DNA of 24,000 nucleotides. Origin: an uncultured Candidatus Saccharibacteria bacterium. Lineage in GTDB: Bacteria > Patescibacteriota > Saccharimonadia > Saccharimonadales > CAZPPF01. The stretch covers positions 3,075 through 27,074 of the forward strand of contig CAZVJS010000006.1 in assembly GCA_964627365.1 (NCBI GenBank), written 5' to 3'. Shown here piece by piece: positions 15,218 to 23,317 of the stretch (its first letter is position 1; every line of letters begins with the position of its first letter). The notes beneath the pieces were generated by a model. That model worked only from the letters and a program-made list of their open reading frames with translations. It had not been told where the DNA came from and did no database searches. The position numbers were made by a program, and so were the translations under genes.

Positions 15218-16768
15218 ATGGAAGCAAAACAACCATTCTACTTACAAAAGCGCAACTGGATTGTAGCGGTGCTGCTTATCATATTTGTTGTGGTGGTGTC
15301 TTACGTATCAGGGACGGGGATTCTTACTGTTAGCTTATCGGGTTCCACCACAAAAGAACTAGCCACTAATCTCACAAACCAGGACAGTGGCAAATCATCA
15401 GAAATTAAAACAAGTTCCAGCTTTTCCAAGTATTTACCAAAGAGCAGTTATGAAATCTTTTCCAAAGATACATCTGGCAGCTTTTTTGCAGTTGCCAAAA
15501 CCAAAGGCTTTCTACAAAAAACAGCCGTAGATGGAAAACTTGTCCAAGAAAAAAGCCGTGCGTTTATTGGAAATAATCCTCGCACCTGCTCTTACTACGT
15601 AGGTGGAACCCTGTACTCATATTACTGCAACGATTCTTTTACGAACGTAGTTATGCACGTTCCAGCAACCGCATCGCTTGCTACCTATATTTCCAAAAAT
15701 ACCAAAATTGGAGTCGATGGCTCCGTAGAGGGAACAGCCAACTTGGGTGGCAAAACGTATTTGCTGCTCAGGTCCCCGGCCACCGAAGGCACATCAAAGC
15801 CAACACACACCGCTTATTCAGCGGGCAGTAACTTTTCCCTAATTAATCCTATACCCCTTAAAGATTTAGATAATTCTGCAGTGTATGAAATCGCTACTTT
15901 TCAGGACGGCTTCTTGGTCTACAACGCGCCAAAGAATGATTATTGGTACTATGGGCAGGGTTTTAGTAATCCGCGTCACTTGCAAGTTCCCGGCCTTAAA
16001 GACCCCTCCTTAAAGCGCCCTCTGGTTGGTTTCAATAAAACAACTTTGGTTATTACACGCTCCAACAAGTCCGATTTTGAAAACCACGATAATCCAAACA
16101 ATAAGATTGGCAAAGTCAAAACACAAGTCGACATTTATGAGAATGGTGCCTTTAAAACAGTGGTCTTCGACCAGAAGTTAGACAATTTTTTCACAGGACT
16201 TGAACCCTGCGGGCAAGACTTGATTTGCATGATTAGTAATAAAAAGCTTTATGTGTATGACATAAGTGGTGACAATGCCAAACTCTCCTACGGCGTAAAT
16301 GGTGTGGATTATATATATACGGCCGCAAATCAAACACTCTTAATTCGCGATAAGGATATTTTGAACTTCAATGCAGCCACTGCTAACGGGTATGTCGAAT
16401 ATAGTTTTGGTAGCTACGGTTATTGTGGTCTGCAACGAGATACCGATAATGGCTATATACTTTGTGTATCTGGTATTAGTGGTGTTCCTTCGGCATTATA
16501 TATTGACCGCACAAAAGACAATACCGACAATATTGATAAAAAAGTAGGGAAACTGGGCGAATCAAAAGAGGTAAAAAGCGTCTCTGCCTATGGCAAATTT
16601 ATCTATATTGTACCCAACCTCGGAGATTTGGTTTATAACAGAAGTATCAAGGGCTACGACTACGACCCAGCCGTCAAAAAGAGTGTCGCAAGTAAAATAA
16701 ACCAAACCGTTGATGAATTAGGTATGGATAGAAGTTCGTACACCGTTATTAATACCCTGCACCCGTAA
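15218..16768 (+). CDS. N-terminally membrane-anchored 516-aa extracytoplasmic protein of unknown function (last gene of the T4SS string; Orf13/TcpC position)
   Basis: Single TM WIVAVLLIIFVVVVSYVSG, followed by a Tyr/Gly/Asn/Lys-rich, beta-strand-looking domain. It starts 11 nt after the hydrolase gene. I recognised no motif. Confidence 0.75.
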   Translation: MEAKQPFYLQKRNWIVAVLLIIFVVVVSYVSGTGILTVSLSGSTTKELATNLTNQDSGKSSEIKTSSSFSKYLPKSSYEIFSKDTSGSFFAVAKTKGFLQKTAVDGKLVQEKSRAFIGNNPRTCSYYVGGTLYSYYCNDSFTNVVMHVPATASLATYISKNTKIGVDGSVEGTANLGGKTYLLLRSPATEGTSKPTHTAYSAGSNFSLINPIPLKDLDNSAVYEIATFQDGFLVYNAPKNDYWYYGQGFSNPRHLQVPGLKDPSLKRPLVGFNKTTLVITRSNKSDFENHDNPNNKIGKVKTQVDIYENGAFKTVVFDQKLDNFFTGLEPCGQDLICMISNKKLYVYDISGDNAKLSYGVNGVDYIYTAANQTLLIRDKDILNFNAATANGYVEYSFGSYGYCGLQRDTDNGYILCVSGISGVPSALYIDRTKDNTDNIDKKVGKLGESKEVKSVSAYGKFIYIVPNLGDLVYNRSIKGYDYDPAVKKSVASKINQTVDELGMDRSSYTVINTLHP

Positions 16769-16773
16769 GTTCT

Positions 16774-17832
16774 TCAGTTGCTGGTTGGGATGATCGTGCA
16801 CTTATCCATGAAGTGTTGGACGACGATGTCAGCGTCGGTGGTAGTTATAAAAGTTTGGTAGTTCTTGAGAAACTTGGTTAGGTAGCGGCGGCGGCGGCCA
16901 TCCAGCTCACTAAACACGTCGTCTAGTAATAAAATTGGTTTTTGGCCACGTACTTCCTCAAGCAATTTGAGCTCTATAATTTTAAGAGCCAGTAGAAGCG
17001 TGCGTGATTCGCCGCGAGAAGCAGTGCTTGCGGCTGGATGGCCGCCCAAGCTGACCTCCATGTCATCACGGTGGGGGCCATAAGCCGTAAAACCCCTCAG
17101 ATAATCAAGCTCGGTGCTGGCCTCAAGCTTTTTGAGTAGCTGGCTGGCGTAGGTTTTGCTAGACCAAGGACTGGTGTATGTAACTTCAACTGTTGGCTTG
17201 CCGCCGGATAACTTTTGGTACGTATTGGAAAGTGCTTCATTAATTTGCTCCACTAACCCGTATCGAAAGCTAGCAATTTGACCACCAAGCTCACTAAGTC
17301 TCATATTCCAAGCAAATAGTTGATCTCCGCTGGCTTGACCCTTTTTTAGCAAACTATTGCGCTGGCTCAGTGCACGCTTGTAGTCGCGCCGCAATTTTCC
17401 ATACCCAGAGATGGTTTGTTCCAAAATATCATCCAGATAGTCTCGGCGGCGCTCCGGTTGACCGTTAAGTAAACGGAGGTGTTCTGGCTCAAACAAAACC
17501 ACTGGCAGTGTCTTGCCTAGCGGCAATCGCCGGTAGATCTGTGAATTTATATCAAAGGTTTTGGTGGCGGGTTCTTGTTGGTTATCTATTTTGAGAATCC
17601 TTTGTCCAGTCTCTGTACTCGCCTCTAACCTGGCCCAATCTTTATCAAATTGCACCAAATCTCGCGCACTTTTAGTGCGGTACGAAGTACCGCGGGCCAC
17701 CACTAGAATCGCTTCCAGTAAATTGGTTTTGCCACTGGCGTTTGGCCCTACCACAATGTTTACGCCATCACCAAACTCAAAAGCGCTGTCCTTATAGGAC
17801 CGAAAGTTCTGTACCCTAATATCGTGAATCAT
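16774..17832 (-). CDS. recF: DNA replication and repair protein RecF
   Basis: MIHDIRVQNFRSYKD..., Walker A GPNASGKTNLLEAI, signature/Walker B ILLLDDVFSELD. Synteny dnaA-dnaN-recF. AAGGA SD. Confidence 0.95.
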   Translation of the reverse strand: MIHDIRVQNFRSYKDSAFEFGDGVNIVVGPNASGKTNLLEAILVVARGTSYRTKSARDLVQFDKDWARLEASTETGQRILKIDNQQEPATKTFDINSQIYRRLPLGKTLPVVLFEPEHLRLLNGQPERRRDYLDDILEQTISGYGKLRRDYKRALSQRNSLLKKGQASGDQLFAWNMRLSELGGQIASFRYGLVEQINEALSNTYQKLSGGKPTVEVTYTSPWSSKTYASQLLKKLEASTELDYLRGFTAYGPHRDDMEVSLGGHPAASTASRGESRTLLLALKIIELKLLEEVRGQKPILLLDDVFSELDGRRRRYLTKFLKNYQTFITTTDADIVVQHFMDKCTIIPTSN

Positions 17833-17855
17833 TATCCTTATTGTAGCCCGGGCGC

Positions 17856-18947
17856 TTAGCTTTTGAGCGGCATAATGATGTGCAGGTAGTCAGAGGTTTT
17901 CTTGTCCTTGATTACACAGGGTTCTAGCTTGCCGTTAAAGCCAATTATCACTTCATCGCCAGTCAGAGCATGTAGGGCATCCAGCAAGTATCGGGAATTA
18001 AGCGTAATGTCACCGCCACCAGCAACTTCAGCCGAGGCACTGGCGGTATTCTCACCAAGCTGTGAAGCAACTGATCGAATACTAACTTCTTTGGCTTTAT
18101 TGTCGACATGTACGGTCACACTGCCGGCACTTTCGCGGGCAAATAAGCTTGAGACTTTGGTGATGTTAATAAACTCAGCTTTGTTAACCGTAGCACTGGT
18201 AGCAAAACTGGTCGGGATTAATTTACGGTAGTCAGGGTAATTTCCTTCAATCAGGCGAGCTACTAGCTCAACGTCACCAACCCGAAACAGAACTTGCTGG
18301 TCATCATGAACCACCTCAACCTCGCCCTCAAAGTCAGATACAATTCTGAGCAAATCTTGCATGGCTGAAGCGGGAATGAGCAGTGAAATCTCTTGCTTGG
18401 TTTTCATAAGTTGTTTTTCGGCCAAGCGGTAGCTATCGGTGGCAACCAACGTAATCTCGCCATCATGGCTGTAGATGTAAACGCCGGTAAGAGTAGGGCG
18501 AGCTTCGTCCCCTGAAGCGGCAAAAATGGCTTGTTGGAGGGCTTTTTTTAGGATTTTAGCGCTCAGGGTCCATTGGTTACCTTTGCTAATCGCGGGCATA
18601 ACAGGGAACTCATCGGCTGAAACACCATTGATAACAGACTGGTACTTGTCGGTGTCGATGTGCAGTTTTAGACCATCTAACTCAAGGTCGATAATTCCTG
18701 CTGGCAAACTAGTTACAAAGTCTTGGGTTAACCTAGCTGGCACGGTAATTGAACCCTCTTCAGATACTTTTGCACCCAAGTAGTGAGTAATGGCAATGTC
18801 GAGGTTGGTGGCAGCCACACTCAAGCGATTTCCGACGGTTTTGATGATCACATTGGAAAGTATTGGCAAGGTACTACGCCCACTAGCTACACGGGCTACG
18901 GTATTAAGCGCTTTGGCTAGGTTTTCTTGAGTTACTTGTAGCTTCAT
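17856..18947 (-). CDS. dnaN: DNA polymerase III beta subunit (sliding clamp)
   Basis: 363 aa. The MKLQVTQENLAKALNTVARVASGRSTLPILSNVIIK start is typical of DnaN. Three-domain length. Position between dnaA and recF. Confidence 0.96.
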   Translation of the reverse strand: MKLQVTQENLAKALNTVARVASGRSTLPILSNVIIKTVGNRLSVAATNLDIAITHYLGAKVSEEGSITVPARLTQDFVTSLPAGIIDLELDGLKLHIDTDKYQSVINGVSADEFPVMPAISKGNQWTLSAKILKKALQQAIFAASGDEARPTLTGVYIYSHDGEITLVATDSYRLAEKQLMKTKQEISLLIPASAMQDLLRIVSDFEGEVEVVHDDQQVLFRVGDVELVARLIEGNYPDYRKLIPTSFATSATVNKAEFINITKVSSLFARESAGSVTVHVDNKAKEVSIRSVASQLGENTASASAEVAGGGDITLNSRYLLDALHALTGDEVIIGFNGKLEPCVIKDKKTSDYLHIIMPLKS

Positions 18948-19205
18948 TAATATAAGTCCTTTATAAATATAAGATTTAATTTAGTAGACATAGTAATAAA
19001 GGGTGTGGGTAATAGGGATAACCTAGATTTTACAGAGGCCAAACCAGAAAAAACAATGTGGAAAGTTGTGGGGAAGGATGTGTAAGAAGCTCGGAAAACC
19101 TCCGTAGTTTTACGCAGGCCCAACTTGCTCCAAATCTGGCGTGTGTACAAATTGCCTAGTTGCCCACAATACTGCCACAACCACATACACAGACTGTCCA
19201 CAGAC
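18948..19205. promoter_or_regulatory. dnaA-dnaN intergenic oriC candidate: AT-rich unwinding region plus degenerate DnaA boxes
   Basis: AT-rich tract ~18948-19000 (TAATATAAGTCCTTTATAAATATAAGATTTAATTTAGTAGACATAGTAATAAA). One-mismatch boxes against TTWTNCACA: TGTGGGTAA 19004-19012, TGTGGAAAG 19057-19065, TGTGGGGAA 19067-19075, TGTGTAAGA 19079-19087. A CCACA core occurs four times between 19164 and 19202. Confidence 0.55.
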
Positions 19206-20564
19206 TTACGCATACAAACGCTCCTTAATTTCGGAGATAGCAGCCCGAATATCGGCATCAAAAGCCGACTCTTTTTCAATTTTTTCTACCGAGTGAATAG
19301 CGGTGGTGTGGTCTTTGCGGCCAAGTTCGTGAGCGATTTTTGGAAAACTAAGGTGCAACTCACTCCGGAGGATATACATGGCAATTTGGCGTGGCACCAC
19401 TATATCTTTGTCGCGTTTTGGGCCCAAAATCTCGTCCATGGAGACCTGGAAATAACGGGCTGTGCGCTCAATAATTTGCTTCGCACTAATGTGCTTTGGC
19501 CGAGTCTTGGTGCTGCCAAGCAAACTTGTGGCGATGTTAATGTCAGGATCAAGTCCACGCATTTCACAAAACGCTAGCAATTGGTTAAGAGCACCCTCCA
19601 ACTCACGGATATTGGTCTGAATATGAGTCGATAAGAACTCTACGACGGCCTGAGGCAGTGATACATCGTGGCTAGTTGCTTTGGTCTGCAAAATAGCGCA
19701 ACGCGTTTCAAAATCAGGCACTTGCATGTCAATACTCATACCCCACGCAAAACGAGATTTGAGTCGGTCCTCTAGCGTAGCGATATCACGCGGTGGTTTG
19801 TCGCTGCTAATAATAATCTGTTTGTTAGCCTGATAAAGCGCATTAAAGGTATGGAAGAACTCTTCCTGTGTTTTGTCTTTACCGGAAATAAACTGAATAT
19901 CGTCGAGGATTAGTACATCGGCGTTACGGTAGTATCCAGCAAAATCAGTGTTTTTCTTGAAACGCACTGCGTCAATAAACTCTTGTACAAACTGCTCAGT
20001 TGAAACGTACAGAATATGGGCATTCGGTTTCTTGGCCACAATAGCATTACCAACCGCTTGAATAAGGTGGGTTTTGCCAATACCCACACCACCGTACAAA
20101 AACAGCGGATTGTATTTGGTGCCTGGGTTTTGGGCAACGGCTTGGCAGGCGGCATAAGCTAACTCATTACCGGAACCTACCACAAAGTTTTCAAAGGTAT
20201 AACGCTCGTTTAAGCCTTGTCGGTAGGTGTGAGTAAGGCTGCTCTTGGCGGGTCTGTTGATCCTATCCATGCCTGTTAAAACTATCGGCTCGTCAGTAAT
20301 TGGCTTTTTGTTGGTAACGGCCAAAGAGTGAATCTTATATTCAATTTGCTTGGGCTCAACACCGTTTTTCTTGAGAGTGTCAGCCACTAGTTGATTAAAC
20401 TTGTGCTCCAGCTGCTGCTTTACAAAGACGTTCGGTACGCCAATGACCAAAAGCTCGTCTTGCTGTTTTAAGAGGCGGGTATTTTTGAACCAAGTTACAT
20501 AGCTGGCGCGCGATACAGATAGCTCAATCTCTCCTAGAACCGCTCGCCATAAGCCATCTTGCAT
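19206..20564 (-). CDS. dnaA: Chromosomal replication initiator DnaA (452 aa from ATG 20564)
   Basis: Walker A GGVGIGKTHL, Walker B VLILDDIQF, domain IV HTTAIHSVEKI. The track ORF extends to 20675, but MQDGLWRAVLGEIEL is a typical DnaA N-terminus. GAGGGAG lies ~9 nt upstream of ATG 20564, and the extension would cover DnaA boxes. Confidence 0.96.
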   Translation of the reverse strand: MQDGLWRAVLGEIELSVSRASYVTWFKNTRLLKQQDELLVIGVPNVFVKQQLEHKFNQLVADTLKKNGVEPKQIEYKIHSLAVTNKKPITDEPIVLTGMDRINRPAKSSLTHTYRQGLNERYTFENFVVGSGNELAYAACQAVAQNPGTKYNPLFLYGGVGIGKTHLIQAVGNAIVAKKPNAHILYVSTEQFVQEFIDAVRFKKNTDFAGYYRNADVLILDDIQFISGKDKTQEEFFHTFNALYQANKQIIISSDKPPRDIATLEDRLKSRFAWGMSIDMQVPDFETRCAILQTKATSHDVSLPQAVVEFLSTHIQTNIRELEGALNQLLAFCEMRGLDPDINIATSLLGSTKTRPKHISAKQIIERTARYFQVSMDEILGPKRDKDIVVPRQIAMYILRSELHLSFPKIAHELGRKDHTTAIHSVEKIEKESAFDADIRAAISEIKERLYA

Positions 20565-20623
20565 GTCCAAAAACTCCCTCGTTTCGTTTTCCTGTGTCCT
20601 TACTATATACAAAAGACGGCGAG

Positions 20624-20749
20624 TTTTCCACAAGTTTATCTCTGGAAAATTTATGTGTACATAGAAAACCTCCAACCAGATGAAATGTTATACACATGCT
20701 AGACCACTATCTTGAAATCTGTGGAAAATCCTTGGCGGATGGTGGAAAA
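20624..20749. promoter_or_regulatory. DnaA-box cluster (rpmH-dnaA intergenic oriC/dnaA promoter region)
   Basis: Perfect matches to TTWTNCACA: TTTTCCACA 20624-20632, TTATACACA 20688-20696, and TGTGGAAAA (reverse) 20720-20728. One-mismatch boxes: 20641-20649 (TCTGGAAAA) and 20741-20749 (GGTGGAAAA). Confidence 0.75.
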
Positions 20750-20832
20750 CTTGCTAGGATTAGCGGGGTAAATATTGTTAATTTAACGCCGCCCACCAAA
20801 CGTTAATGACTTTGGGCGGAGTCAAGGATTTT

Positions 20833-20970
20833 ATGCCTAAAGGTACCCACCAACCCAAAAAACGCCAACGCGCCAAAGAACACGGTTTTTTAAAGCGCAT
20901 GTCTAGTAAGGCTGGTCAACGCGTTCTAAAGCGCCGCCGCAACAAGCAGCGCGCCAAGGTTTCTGCGTAG
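20833..20970 (+). CDS. rpmH: 50S ribosomal protein L34
   Basis: Below the track size cut-off. Manual translation: [50 protein letters not shown] lies 5 nt upstream. Canonical position before rnpA. Confidence 0.95.
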   Translation: MPKGTHQPKKRQRAKEHGFLKRMSSKAGQRVLKRRRNKQRAKVSA

Positions 20971-21004
20971 CACGTATCAAAACCTAAATTAAGAAGCTGC
21001 AAAT

Positions 21005-21367
21005 ATGATTGCCTCGAGTCATCGTTTTCACGGACGTGCCAGCCTAAAGCCAGTATATGAGCGAGGTCGCACCGTACGTAGTTCGGCATTAGCTCTGCGC
21101 TACGCAGCTAACACCCGGCGGGGTAAATACCGTGCTGCCGTGGTGGTCAGTAAGAAAGTTCATAAATCTGCCGTGGCCCGCAACCGTATTCGCCGCCGCA
21201 TCTACGAAATTATTCGTACCGAACTGTCGGCCGACACACCAGCCTACGATCTGATTGTTACCGTTTTTAGCGACAAAGTAACCGACTTATCGCCAGAAGC
21301 ATTACGTAACGAAGTTGGTGGTTTACTGGCTCAGGCCCAGATAGTAAACAAGCCTGCGGGCAGCTAA
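21005..21367 (+). CDS. rnpA: Ribonuclease P protein component
   Basis: 120 aa, basic, with the RNR-type motif KSAVARNRIRRRIYEII. Position rpmH-rnpA-yidC. Confidence 0.92.
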   Translation: MIASSHRFHGRASLKPVYERGRTVRSSALALRYAANTRRGKYRAAVVVSKKVHKSAVARNRIRRRIYEIIRTELSADTPAYDLIVTVFSDKVTDLSPEALRNEVGGLLAQAQIVNKPAGS

Positions 21368-21404
21368 CTAACCCCTGTGGTATCATAGAGCGAAGGAGTT
21401 TCCC

Positions 21405-22325
21405 ATGTTCACTACCCTCATTGTCAGACCCATTTTTAATCTGCTGATTCTAATCTATGCCTTGCTCCCTGGCCACAACTTCGGCCTGGCCATCATTCTC
21501 TTTACCATTATTGTTCGCCTACTTATGTGGCCGTTGGTCAAAAAACAGCTCCACCAAGCCAAGGCCATGCGTGAGCTGCAACCAGAGATCAAGAAGGTCA
21601 AGGCTGCCGCCAAAGGGAACCGTCAGAAAGAATCGGCCATGCTGATGGAGCTCTACAAAGAACGCGAGATTAGCCCGTTTGGCAGCATTGGGTTGGTGTT
21701 ACTACAGATCCCTATCTTTATTGGACTGTATAGCAGTATTCACAGAATAGTGTTGAATCCCAGCTCCATAATTACATTTTCGTACTCCTGGGTGCGTCAC
21801 ATTGCTTGGATCCAACATCTAAGTAAGGATATTCACCAGTTTGACGCCACGTTATTTGGGGTAATTGACCTCACTCGGGCAGCCATCAACAAAGGCGGCG
21901 GTATTTACTGGCCAGCCATGTTTATTGTGGCGGGTAGTGCCATTGCCCAATACTTCCAGAGCAAGCAGCTACTTCCAGACGACAAAGAGAAGCGCAGTCT
22001 ACGTACTATCCTCAGAGATGCAGGCAAAGGCAAGCAATCTGACTCATCAGAAGTAAATGCAGCAGTTGGCCGCAGTACACGCTATTTGCTGCCGGGTATG
22101 ATCTTTTTGATCACGGTTAACATTGCCTCTGCTTTGTCGCTGTACTGGCTGACTAGCGGAATTGTTGCCTACATTCAGCAATCTCGAGTGCTTGGTCGCG
22201 ACGAAAAAGAAATGGAAGTCGTGGCCGACAAAAAAATCGGCAAGGAAGTGATCGAAGGCGAAGTAATTCCTCCTAAACCAAAAAACAAAAAGAAGAAAGC
22301 CTCTGCTAAAAAAAGGAGGAAATGA
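21405..22325 (+). CDS. yidC: Membrane protein insertase YidC (short Gram-positive/Oxa1-type)
   Basis: 306 aa with 5 hydrophobic helices, LMWPLVKKQ...MRELQPEIKK...MELYKEREISPF, and a Lys-rich C-terminal tail KPKNKKKKASAKKRRK. AAGGAG SD. Confidence 0.93.
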   Translation: MFTTLIVRPIFNLLILIYALLPGHNFGLAIILFTIIVRLLMWPLVKKQLHQAKAMRELQPEIKKVKAAAKGNRQKESAMLMELYKEREISPFGSIGLVLLQIPIFIGLYSSIHRIVLNPSSIITFSYSWVRHIAWIQHLSKDIHQFDATLFGVIDLTRAAINKGGGIYWPAMFIVAGSAIAQYFQSKQLLPDDKEKRSLRTILRDAGKGKQSDSSEVNAAVGRSTRYLLPGMIFLITVNIASALSLYWLTSGIVAYIQQSRVLGRDEKEMEVVADKKIGKEVIEGEVIPPKPKNKKKKASAKKRRK

Positions 22326-22783
22326 TGGAAGAATCCATTTTATATGCCAAAAAATACCTGGAAGACCTGTTGTCTTTCTTTGGGCTCAACACCGATGTGT
22401 ACGCCACCAATAGCGACGATGAAGTGATTGAACTCCATGTGCCGTCTACGCACCTAAACGGATTTCTGATAGGCCAACGCGGCGACACCATGCGAGCCAT
22501 GCAGTTTATGGTCAGTAATGCACTCAAGAACAACGACTACGAAGTAACACGTGTAAACGTGGATATTGCCGATTACAAGAAGCAGCGAGCTGATAGGCTG
22601 AGCGACGTAGCCAAAGAATGGGTAGATGAAGTCAAGAAAACTGGGAAGCCCATGGATTTGCAACCCATGAACGCGGCAGACCGCCGCACGGTACACAAAT
22701 TAGCCGGCGAAAACGGGTTAGTGACCGAATCTGTCGGCGAAGGCCGCGACCGCCACATTGTGCTGAAGCCTTCGGAAGAGTAG
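22322..22783 (+). CDS. jag: Jag/KhpB-type RNA-binding protein (KH plus R3H domains)
   Basis: 153 aa. R3H-type end MNAADRRTVHKLAGENGLVTESVGEGRDRHIVLKP. ATGA overlap with yidC and an AGGAGG SD. Canonical position. Confidence 0.85.
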   Translation: MMEESILYAKKYLEDLLSFFGLNTDVYATNSDDEVIELHVPSTHLNGFLIGQRGDTMRAMQFMVSNALKNNDYEVTRVNVDIADYKKQRADRLSDVAKEWVDEVKKTGKPMDLQPMNAADRRTVHKLAGENGLVTESVGEGRDRHIVLKPSEE

Positions 22784-22855
22784 ACCTTCATTAAATTTAG
22801 ATGAATATTTAAGTACATGTCCGTACAACACTGGACTATGTTTTATAATATGGAC

Positions 22856-23113
22856 ATGAAAAAGTCTATGACAACAATATTTTTTCTTACCTTAGCTACG
22901 ATAGATATTGCAATTGGTGCGCTTGTTTTTATGGCAAATTACCACCATTTACCAAAGCACCTTGATGATATAGCGGAAAGTGCAATAACGAGATATCTTT
23001 ATAGAGTGTATGGTCAACAATTCTCGGCTAACCTGGACTTTACAGGTAACCTCGAATATACACTTATTCGAAGTCAGAATAGAATAACCACCTCACCTGC
23101 GCACAAGAAATGA
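22856..23113 (+). CDS. Small (85 aa) membrane protein, unknown function
   Basis: The track ORF starts at 22817. The in-frame ATG 22856 (MKKSMTTIFFLTLATIDIAIGALVFMANYHH...) lies exactly 7 nt after TATAAT (22844-22849), giving the same leaderless geometry seen elsewhere in the window. One N-terminal TM. Looks AT-richer than its neighbours by eye (not computed). Confidence 0.4.
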   Translation: MKKSMTTIFFLTLATIDIAIGALVFMANYHHLPKHLDDIAESAITRYLYRVYGQQFSANLDFTGNLEYTLIRSQNRITTSPAHKK

Positions 23114-23140
23114 CGCCAAGACTACGGTGGCTATATGTAT

Positions 23141-23317
23141 TTATCTGACAGGAATGTGGCGGTGTCGGCGATACAGGACTGAATTACTACCCTCATGTGT
23201 ACCGTCGATCGTATAAAACAGGCCGGAAGCTGTTTGGGGATGTTTGCGAGCCAATTTTCGATTGTACTTTGCTTCTAAACGCATACGTAAGGCGTGTGAT
23301 TGTCTTGCTACGTTCAT
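23141..23317 (-). CDS. Candidate 58-aa basic protein, unknown function
   Basis: Absent from the track (<60 aa). AAGGAG (23330..23325) lies 7 nt upstream of ATG 23317. Translation: MNVARQSHALRMRLEAKYNRKLARKHPQTASGLFYTIDGTHEGSNSVLYRRHRHIPVR. The only support is the strong SD and the open frame. Confidence 0.3.
   Translation of the reverse strand: MNVARQSHALRMRLEAKYNRKLARKHPQTASGLFYTIDGTHEGSNSVLYRRHRHIPVR

Noticed and set aside
18947-19279. 110-aa minus-strand ORF spanning the dnaA-dnaN spacer
   Set aside because: It overlaps the dnaA 3' end in another frame and runs through the AT-rich/DnaA-box region. It has no SD and a low-complexity translation. Treated as non-coding origin DNA.
19125-19577. 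150-aa plus-strand ORF antisense to dnaA, plus similar shadow ORFs inside large genes (e.g. 3160-3483, 3658-4047, 4717-5148, 5564-5866, 6104-6505, 9728-10039, 11783-12154, 14059-14406, 17902-18231)
   Set aside because: All lie fully inside much longer ORFs with recognisable domains or better context. They are typical antisense or off-frame open stretches with odd composition.
20565-20675. 37-codon N-terminal extension of dnaA given by the ORF track (MEVFYVHINFPEINLWK...)
   Set aside because: ATG 20564 has a GAGGGAG SD and opens a typical DnaA N-terminus. The extension overlaps two DnaA boxes (20624-20632, 20641-20649) and has no DnaA-like sequence.
20789-20819. 7-bp stem (CCGCCCA/TGGGCGG) with a 17-nt loop in the rpmH leader as a regulatory hairpin
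   Set aside because: It is short, has a large loop and no U-tract, and I know of no regulatory RNA at this position. I cannot distinguish it from chance without comparative data.
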